The position numbers were made by a program, and so were the translations under genes. Of a DNA stretch of 64,000 nucleotides, positions 52,032-62,200 are shown in pieces. Below the pieces are notes generated by a model. That model did not search any database. It was not told the origin of the DNA and was given only the letters and a program-made list of their open reading frames with translations. Source of the DNA: Chloropicon primus (Eukaryota). How positions within the stretch are numbered: the stretch's first letter is position 1; every line of letters begins with the position of its first letter. The stretch covers positions 868,001-932,000 of the forward strand of contig CP060759.1 in NCBI GenBank assembly GCA_023205875.1, written 5' to 3'.

Positions 52032-53021
52032 ATGGCGCCTCAGTCGTCAAAGACAAAGCACAAAGGCAGATGGAGTGCGGAGGAAGACAGGAAGCTCACC
52101 AGCGTCGTATCATTGTTTGGGAAGGGAAATTGGTCCAAAATCTCGCGCTATTTTAATCGTACTGGCAAGCAGTGTCGAGAGAGATGGCTGAATAAGCTTC
52201 AAATCGGCCTGAAGAAAGGGTGGACGAAGAAAGATGACCTGAGACTGATCGAGTTGCATCGACGATATGGCAACAAATGGGCCCTCATCAGCAAAGGTTT
52301 CGAAGGACAGAAGACGGAGAACATGGTTAAGAACCGATTTAATTCGACCCTGCGTAGGTTACAAGGCCGTAAGTCGAGTCGTCAGCGTAACGACGGACCA
52401 CTTTCCTTGTATACACAGTCACTTCTCACGAAGACTGATGTCAAATCGGAGGAAACCAACGACACAGCTCCAAGCTCAGACATGAGTGACTCAGTTTGCA
52501 CTGCACAAGAGTTTCTTCTTGATGACAACGGTGGCACATCAGCGGAGTGGGACCTTTTCGGTGACTTCTATCACCTTGAAAGCAGTCCTTATCAACCACC
52601 GTTCATGCAATCAGAGCAAGAGTTTTTTGAGTTTGCTACTGAAGGAGAGCTGTTTGGAGAGAAATCAGTCGTTGTATCGCGAAAGAGACACCACAGATAT
52701 GGACAATTCTTCCTGCTCTCTTCACAGTTGGAGTTCAATGAAGCAATTAAGATGTTGTTGAACAGAGGGACTGTGAGCTATTTTGAAGTTGCTTTGGATG
52801 CAGCGGCAGTTTCGGCAGACCCAGACAAAGTCGACGCGATTTTATCTGCAGTCCACAACCTTTTGCCATCAGTTCATCAGCTAAAGACTTGCGATTTAGC
52901 GGCCTTTTTGAGCGAGGCAGTCTTGAAATGTGCCTTGATTACTGATGAGAAGGGAAGCTGCTCCAAAGTTCAAAAGTCTTTTCAGGACTCCGTTGCAGAT
53001 GTTATGACCGCGATGTTATGA
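52032..53021 (+). CDS. R2R3-type MYB transcription factor
   Basis: KGRWSAEEDRKL..GNWSKIS..RTGKQCRERWLNKL and WTKKDDLRLIELHRRYGNKWALIS..TENMVKNRFN; ATG at 52032 after a (GA)n leader. Confidence 0.9.
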   Translation: MAPQSSKTKHKGRWSAEEDRKLTSVVSLFGKGNWSKISRYFNRTGKQCRERWLNKLQIGLKKGWTKKDDLRLIELHRRYGNKWALISKGFEGQKTENMVKNRFNSTLRRLQGRKSSRQRNDGPLSLYTQSLLTKTDVKSEETNDTAPSSDMSDSVCTAQEFLLDDNGGTSAEWDLFGDFYHLESSPYQPPFMQSEQEFFEFATEGELFGEKSVVVSRKRHHRYGQFFLLSSQLEFNEAIKMLLNRGTVSYFEVALDAAAVSADPDKVDAILSAVHNLLPSVHQLKTCDLAAFLSEAVLKCALITDEKGSCSKVQKSFQDSVADVMTAML

Positions 53022-53237
53022 CCGCGACCGCTATGTTGTTTCCTGTTCCTCCCTCCCGCGATTCCCTTAAAGCCATTTGATTTTAAAACGTAAACTAAAA
53101 AAATATTAAGTTACACCCGAAAAAAACCGAAAAAAACGCCTACCCGTTTCCGTTCAATTTTGCTGGAAGGGAAGAAGACTCATACGCTAGGTGGACGGCT
53201 GCGCACACGACGCACAGTATTGTGCGAAGTGTAAGTC

Positions 53238-56200
53238 ATGCCAGAACCAAAGGTTAGGCAAGCTGTCCGTGGCGATGCAATAAATGTTCGCAAAATCGAT
53301 CACCTCACCTGGCCTGAGAATCTGTGGCTTAAAGACAAGGACTTTCAGTTCTACTTCGAATCGTATCTCGAGGGTCAGTTCGTAGTGGAGTGTGGCGACA
53401 GAGTCGTTGGCTGTCTATTCACTCAAAGACTTGACAACGAGTCAACTCTTCTTGATGATGGAAAGACAAGCTCAGACTTTACATCTTTGCACCAGGGCGA
53501 GGGCAAGGTGATTCAGTTGATAAGGATATCTGTCCTCCCCCAGTACGAAGGTTTAGGTTTAAGCCATGCCCTTATCGAAGGATCATTGGAACACTTAAAA
53601 AAACAACAGGGATCAATTGAAAAGGTTGTTGCAGTGACAAGGTGTTCTCAGTTCAAAGCAGCTGGCGCATACCCATACGATGACTACGTCTATAGCGGTC
53701 GCGATCCCACGATAGCTTTCCATGTTGGTAGGGGTGCTGAAGTTGTGAAGATACTTCACAACTTTCGGCTTGAAGACACTCAAAATGATGGACACGGTGT
53801 TCTTATTCGATACAGCTTGAAGACAAACACCGATTCCAACTTTGACCAGTCAACTAGTCAGCTTCAGTTTAGTCGTGATGACGCCGAATCTCGTATCAAA
53901 GACGCCGTTCGGAGAATAGCACAATCTTCTGAAGAGCCTGCTCTAGATGAACCATTGATAGAGTATGGTTTAGATTCCATTGACTTTAGCGGTTTAAAAG
54001 CCAGCTTGGAAAACATCTTTTCCATCAGCTTGGAAGCTACCTTCTTGTTTAGCTATCCAACCGTCCAACAGATCGCGGCCTACGTGGTAGATCAAAATAA
54101 AAATACCGGTAGCAAAGCCAAAGCTTTGGAAGTTGAACTCCCTGATGGATCCTTGACAAAAAGGAGCCCCAATTACTCAGAAGCTATTTGGATAATAGAC
54201 ACTGCTGAAAGACTTCCCGCTGCCATTGAAGTTGGCGGATTTAAAGAGGCAGTTTCTCACGTCCCTTTGAACCGGTGGGACCCCACCGGTTTTGAAGAAG
54301 TCATTGCCCAACAAAGTGGTGTCACTTCTGGTTCTTTTGGTATCTTCCTGCACCTTCATGAGTGTGATATTCATGGGATATCACAGAAAGAGGCTCTTCA
54401 GACCGACCCACAGCAATTGCTCATCATAGAAAATGCTCAGAATCTGAAACGTGCTTCTTGTCCAAAGCACGACGGGGAAATCGGTGTAGCTGCTGCAGTG
54501 TCGAACTTTGACTTTGCAGTACTTCAACAGAAGATCAAGCCGGTTGAGTCGCAGACACATAGCACCCTCATTGGTTCAGACCTGTCTGTCTGCTGCGGGA
54601 AAGTCTCGTACCTTTTGAATTTCAATGGGCCAAGTTATGTGGTGAATACAGCATGCTCCTCTTCTCTTGTGGCTACAAATGCAGCGATGCACTGTCTCAG
54701 GAATTTTGAGTGTCAGCTTCACTTCGTTCTCTCTGCAAGCACTATTCTATCCCCCCACGTAATGGTGGCTTACGCCAAAATGGGAATGCTGTCTATCGAT
54801 GGGAGGTGTCAATCCTTCGACCAGCAAGCGAACGGATACGTGCGAGCAGAAGCAAGCGTTGGTGTAAACCTGGGAATGGCCTCTGGTTCAGGAGTTGCCA
54901 TTGTTGCATCATCCGTACAACAAGATGGAAGGAGCGCAGGACTCACAGCACCAAATGGAATTGCTCAGCAAAAGCTACTGCTTCGCACTTCAATGGATGC
55001 TGATGTGCCTTTGAGTGACATTCAACACCAGGAGATGCACGCAACTGGTACACCGCTCGGCGACCCCATTGAGTACCAAGCATTCAAGCAAGCTCTTAGA
55101 TCGTCGTCACATGAAATGGGCTTTATCATATCAGTGAGTGGCACGAAAGCCATAGCAGGGCACGGGGAGCCATGTGCAGGGCTTTCGAGTACTCTCCGAA
55201 TCATCAAATCATCATTGAAAGCAAAGAAAATAGTCAACAACCGATTGAGATCAATGAACAAACACTTTGGCCCTGATATGATGGGGAGCAACCTCATTTT
55301 TCCTACTGTGAATGGATCAGCAGCACTCAGTAGCTCATACGCAGGTATCAATTCATTTGCATTCCAAGGCACGATCGCCCGCCTTTTGCTCAAATTTGAT
55401 AAAGGCAATGAAAGACCAGCGACACGCAAGGCACTCTGCAAGAAGCTCATCTCCTTCAAATGCGTTTCATATTGTAGCAGCAAAGTATTGGTAAGCAGCG
55501 GATCAAAAAAACTTTGCTTACATCTGAAACCAAAATTTGGACAGTTCACAATAGAAGGAAAAAGAGTCTTAACATTTGCCCAGATGTACTCATATCTTCA
55601 AATCGGCTACAATGATCTTTGCCAAGAGACCACCAAACAGAAAGCTGTAACGGCCGATATGGTTCAAACAAGAGTCATGCACATCGACTACAGGCAACAT
55701 CAAATGATGCAATGTACGGTGGACACAGTGACCGGACAAGTAGAACTCCAATCCCAAGCAGAAGGGAAAAGTCACAAAACCTGGAATCTCCAAGCCATAT
55801 GGAAGAAACCAGTCAAACACTTGCCAGAGCGCCAAACCACACACCAAGATCAAAACGAGTGGAACAAAGGCATCATGGGTATAATGCACCACAATCAAGC
55901 TGCACACACAGCCAATGCAATTGCAACAGTCGCCAAAACATCAAATGACCTCTATGATTACACCGTCAACCCAGCTGTGGGCGACGCAAATCTACAGCTT
56001 GGTGCCGTGGAAAGCGTGATTCGTTTGGCGAGCCAAGACAATGCTAGTCAAGAAACGCAAGTACCAACGGGTTGCCATGCCTATTACATGGGCGACCAGT
56101 CAGATGCTCCAGCAGCATACACGGCAGTCTGTCAGAATGGCTCCCAAGCTGGCATCTCAAGCCATAGACTAAAAAGTCTATGTGAAGAGATCAACTGTGC

Positions 56201-59200
56201 CTCAGTTCTCAATTTGCAAACCAAAGCAGCATTTAAATTGCAAAGTGCTTTGAATGCAGCCAACAGCCAACAGAAAGTGCAAGAAAAGGACATGCTCTTA
56301 TCGGCTTTGGTGTGGTCAGCCTGCTATGCGACCCCTCTGGACTGCGCTGCTCATCAAAATGCAATAATCGCAGGATCAAGGGACGCACAAGAGAATGTGC
56401 TTCTCGTGAAACTTGGAGACGCGCAATCCAATTTGGAGCATCCTCTCAAGATTGCATGCAGAAATGCAGGAGCTCTCTATTCATCATCTCATGTGGATAG
56501 TCCTGAAATGCAAGAGTACCTGACAAACACCTCAAAGTCGGTCCACGTTGTTTGCCTTGTCTCGCACCAAGCAAATGTTGCAAAGCAACTTGTAGGCCTT
56601 GCCAACCTTGTCAAAGCGGTGAACAAGTCAAACATGGAATCACCTAGTATCACTGTGGTTTTCTTGGATTCACAAACGACCATGAACGTCCAACACAACA
56701 CCTCAAAAGCATTGTGGGGAGCATGCAGGACGATGAGAATGGAGTACCCATCCTTGCAATTGACAACCATTCAAATGGATGCACACATGGACAAGAGTCA
56801 GGCAGCTCTTTACCTCTTGTCAGAAATCCAAAACAAACATTCAACTGAAAAGGAAGTCATGTACAAGAATGCGACACGATACATCAATACCATTGTGGAG
56901 AAGTATCCTTCTGCATCACAGCATCTCTCCCTCAATCCACATCTGGAAAAGCTCCAGAGAGGATCATATGTTATCACAGGAGGTCTTGGAGGTCTGGGTC
57001 TTGTGACCGCGCAACTTCTTGCAGATATGGGAGCGACAAGCATATCTCTCCTCTCAAGAAGTGGCATCATTCAGCGCACGGACCAAAACCTTAATGCCAT
57101 TCTCGACAAAGTAAGAGAGAAAGCCAATGTGGAGGTTATCGCATGTGATGTGAGCAAAGAAGATCATGTGCGCAATCTCTACACAAAGCAAAACCATCCT
57201 TGTGTGGGAATTATACATGCTGCCGGTGTCTTACGAGATGGCCTTGCTGCAAATCTCAACCATACTCAGGTCCAACAGGTATTTGACCCAAAGATCAGTG
57301 GCGCTTTGCATTTGCATCACAACACACTCCTGCAGCCATTGCAGGTATGCATCATGTTCTCCTCCATAGTGTCACTCTATGGAAACATTGGTCAGACCTC
57401 CTACAGTGCAGCAAATACCTATCTTGATACTTTGGCTGCTCTAAGGCAAAACCAAGGCCTTCCTGCGGTCAGCATACAATGGCCAGCAATATCTGGCATT
57501 GGCATGTGGGAAGGTCTATCAAGTGTCCACAAGAAAACATTTGAATTCAACCTTCCCGTAAAGGCCGTTATATCGTGCCTTCAAAATCTTGTGTCAAAGA
57601 AATCCTTCACAATCACAACCGTGACGATTTTACCAAGGTGGATGATCTACGGAACCAGGGAAAAGAACAAAGCACACATGGCAGCAAAGGCGGATCCAAA
57701 TGAAATCCAGCGGCAGCCAACAAGCGGAAGAAGCCAGAGCGTCAAATTCACATCTGTAGCTGTGTTGACTTCCCAAGTGCAAAATACAATTGAGCAAGCA
57801 GTCATAGATACTATTGGAGAAACCATTGACACGGAAAGTCCTCTCATGGAAGCAGGAGTCGACTCGCTTGCTTCATCAGAGCTTATCAACAAGATCAATG
57901 ATGACATGGGAACCTCTTTGGGGCCCACAATCTTGTTCGACTATCCAACAATTCAGGATCTCACACAGCACCTTGTGCAGACCCTCAAAGGACCTGACGC
58001 TACAGATCACGCCATTGAGGCTGTGGAGCGCATCCCAAACCATGATCCAATGCATGCTGTGACAACAACAATGCTGTCTTCTGCTATCAGATATCCAAAC
58101 CATACAAATTCAAACCAAAGGTTCTTGAATGTCCTTAACAACCAGTCCGAGCTTTGCTCAGTCACTCCACTTCAACGGTGGGACCGCATGGATTGGTATT
58201 CCTCACAGGGCTATGGGAACGACATCTATGTGCCCTTTGGATACTGGCTTCCAGACCTCTGGACCTTCCAACCTGATGCACTAAGCATGACTTCCGCAGA
58301 ATCCCTTTATGTGGACCCACAAGGAAGGAAGCTCCTGGAGGTCACATGGGAGGCCATGTACAACACTCCTCTATCTTCAAACAAACATGCCAGAACAAAT
58401 ACAGGTGTTTATGTAGGATGTTGTCAACAGGATTTCCAAAAAAATATCCATCACATGACAGACCCAGGGAAACAAATACTGGCATCCATAAGCTTCCTTT
58501 GTGGTCGTGTTTCTTATGTGATGGGCTTCAAAGGACCATGCATCAGCATAGATACTGCATGTTCCTCCTCGCTTGCAGCAACTCACTTGGGCAGGACAGC
58601 CATTATAGCACATGAATGTGATACAGCAACAATAGCAGGAACAAATATAATGATTGCACCACAAACAACGCAAGCTATTTGCAATTTGCAAGCCCTTGCC
58701 GTGGATGGAAGATGCAAAACCCTTGATGCAACTGCAAATGGATATGGCCGTGCCGAAGCTATTGCTGCCGTAATCATTGCAAATGCAAACGATACACACA
58801 CGAACATGCTCAAAATGCCTGTCAACATCGTTGCATCTTTTGTGAACCAAGATGGAAGATCAAGCAGTCTGACTGCACCAAATGGGCCATCACAGTCAAC
58901 ACTCATCTCATCTGCTTTGAGGCAAGCAAATCTGAAGCCAGAACAAATCAACCATGTTGTCATGCATGGAACAGGAACACCTCTGGGTGACCCAATTGAG
59001 GTTGGTGCCCTGGGACAAGCATTCCATTCAGATGACAAAGTTCATATGCTTGCACTTGCTGCAGTCAAGGTTGCTTTCGGACATACAGAAGGAGCAGCAG
59101 GACTCACGGGCCTACTTAGTGCAATGCAGTCGTGTAGCACGTTATGCATTCAACCGGTTACCGCATGCAGAAACATGAATGTTCATGTGCAGGGTGCAAT

Positions 59201-62200
59201 CAAAGATCATAGAGATGGGCACAAAAGAGTCACTTCTGCAAGGATTCAACAAGGTCCTTGGTCATTCACTTGTGATGAAAACAATGACAAAGCAATCGCA
59301 GGGACAAGCTCGTTTGGCATGAGCGGAGTCAACAGTCACGGGGTTGTTGAAGCAAAACTTGCAGGCCATACTTACAATGCGCAGAGTATTGCATGGAACA
59401 ACAAGCAAGTACTCTTCCCAATGGTTGGGTGTGCATTTGTGAAGGCTTCCTACAAAGCATCTACAAAACAACACCAAGTATTTGCGATTCAAATCAAGGA
59501 CCACAACCTGCTCGACCACATGGTCATGGGGAAATCCATTTTACCAGGTGCAGGATTCATGGAACTGTCATCAGCCTCTGCACGAGCTATGCTCAATCCA
59601 AACGTCTTACGTGATCTCAAACCAGTGCTTGCAAAGATATCAATTCCAGCCCCGATGCAGTTGGAACCAAACAAACATCAAATGATGCAATGTACGGTGG
59701 ACACAGTGACCGGACAAGTAGGACTGAAAAGTCACAAAACCTGGAATCTCCAAGCCATATGGAAGAAACCAGTCAAACACTTGCCAGAGCGCCAAACCAC
59801 ACACCAAGATCAAAACGAGTGGAACAAAGGCATCATGGGTATAATGCACCACAATCAAGCTGCACACACAGCCAATGCAATTGCAACAGTCGCCAAAACA
59901 TCAAATGACCTCTATGATTACACCGTCAACCCAGCTGTGGGCGACGCAAATCTACAGCTTGGTGCCGTGGAAAGCGTGATTCGTTTGGCGAGCCAAGACA
60001 ATGCTAGTCAAGAAACGCAAGTACCAACGGGTTGCCATGCCTATTACATGGGCGACCAGTCAGATGCTCCAGCAGCATACACGGCAGTCTGTCAGAATGG
60101 CTCCCAAGCTGGCATCTCAAGCCATAGACTAAAAAGTCTATGTGAAGAGATCAACTGTGCCTCAGTTCTCAATTTGCAAACCAAAGCAGCATTTAAATTG
60201 CAAAGTGCTTTGAATGCAGCCAACAGCCAACAGAAAGTGCAAGAAAAGGACATGCTCTTATCGGCTTTGGTGTGGTCAGCCTGCTATGCGACCCCTCTGG
60301 ACTGCGCTGCTCATCAAAATGCAATAATCGCAGGATCAAGGGACGCACAAGAGAATGTGCTTCTCGTGAAACTTGGAGACGCGCAATCCAATTTGGAGCA
60401 TCCTCTCAAGATTGCATGCAGAAATGCAGGAGCTCTCTATTCATCATCTCATGTGGATAGTCCTGAAATGCAAGAGTACCTGACAAACACCTCAAAGTCG
60501 GTCCACGTTGTTTGCCTTGTCTCGCACCAAGCAAATGTTGCAAAGCAACTTGTAGGCCTTGCCAACCTTGTCAAAGCGGTGAACAAGTCAAACATGGAAT
60601 CACCTAGTATCACTGTGGTTTTCTTGGATTCACAAACGACCATGAACGTCCAACACAACACCTCAAAAGCATTGTGGGGAGCATGCAGGACGATGAGAAT
60701 GGAGTACCCATCCTTGCAATTGACAACCATTCAAATGGATGCACACATGGACAAGAGTCAGGCAGCTCTTTACCTCTTGTCAGAAATCCAAAACAAACAT
60801 TCAACTGAAAAGGAAGTCATGTACAAGAATGCGACACGATACATCAATACCATTGTGGAGAAGTATCCTTCTGCATCACAGCATCTCTCCCTCAATCCAC
60901 ATCTGGAAAAGCTCCAGAGAGGATCATATGTTATCACAGGAGGTCTTGGAGGTCTGGGCCTTGTGACCGCGCAACTTCTTGCAGATATGGGAGCGACAAG
61001 CATATCTCTCCTCTCAAGAAGTGGCATCATTCAGCGCACGGACCAAAACCTTAATGCCATTCTCGACAAAGTAAGAGAGAAAGCCAATGTGGAGGTTATC
61101 GCATGTGATGTGAGCAAAGAAGATCATGTGCGCAATCTCTACACAAAGCAAAACCATCCTTGTGTGGGAATTATACATGCTGCCGGTGTCTTACGAGATG
61201 GCCTTGCTGCAAATCTCAACCATACTCAGGTCCAACAGGTATTTGACCCAAAGATCAGTGGCGCTTTGCATTTGCATCACAACACACTCCTGCAGCCATT
61301 GCAGGTATGCATCATGTTCTCCTCCATAGCTTCACTCTATGGAAACATTGGTCAGACCTCCTACAGTGCAGCAAATACCTATCTTGATACTTTGGCTGCT
61401 CTAAGGCAAAACCAAGGCCTTCCTGCGGTCAGCATACAATGGCCAGCAATATCTGGCATTGGCATGTGGGAAGGTCTATCAAGTGTCCACAAGAAAACAA
61501 CACCGTTCACGCTGTCTGTCGAGGGAGCTATCACATCTCTCAATAAGATTCTGAAGGACCTTTCATCCTTCACAATCACAACCGTGACGATTTTACCAAG
61601 GTGGATGATCTACGGAACCAGGGAAAAGAACAAAGCACACATGGCAGCAAAGGCGGATCCAAATGAAATCCAGCGGCAGCCAACAAGCGGAAGAAGCCAG
61701 AGCGTCAAATTCACATCTGTAGCTGTGTTGACTTCCCAAGTGCAAAATACAATTGAGCAAGCAGTCATAGATACTATTGGAGAAACCATTGACACGGAAA
61801 GTCCTCTCATGGAAGCAGGAGTCGACTCGCTTGCTTCATCAGAGCTTATCAACAAGATCAATGATGACATGGGAACCTCTTTGGGGCCCACAATCTTGTT
61901 CGACTATCCAACAATTCAGGATCTCACACAGCACCTTGTGCAGACCCTCAAAGGACCTGACGCTACAGATCACGCCATTGAGGCTGTGGAGCGCATCCCA
62001 AACCATGATCCAATGCATGCTGTGACAACAACAATGCTGTCTTCTGCTATCAGATATCCAAACCATACAAATTCAAACCAAAGGTTCTTGAATGTCCTTA
62101 ACAACCAGTCCGAGCTTTGCGCAGTCACTCCACTTCAACGGTGGGACCGCATGGATTGGTATTCCTCACAGGGCTATGGGAACGACATCTATGTGCCCTT

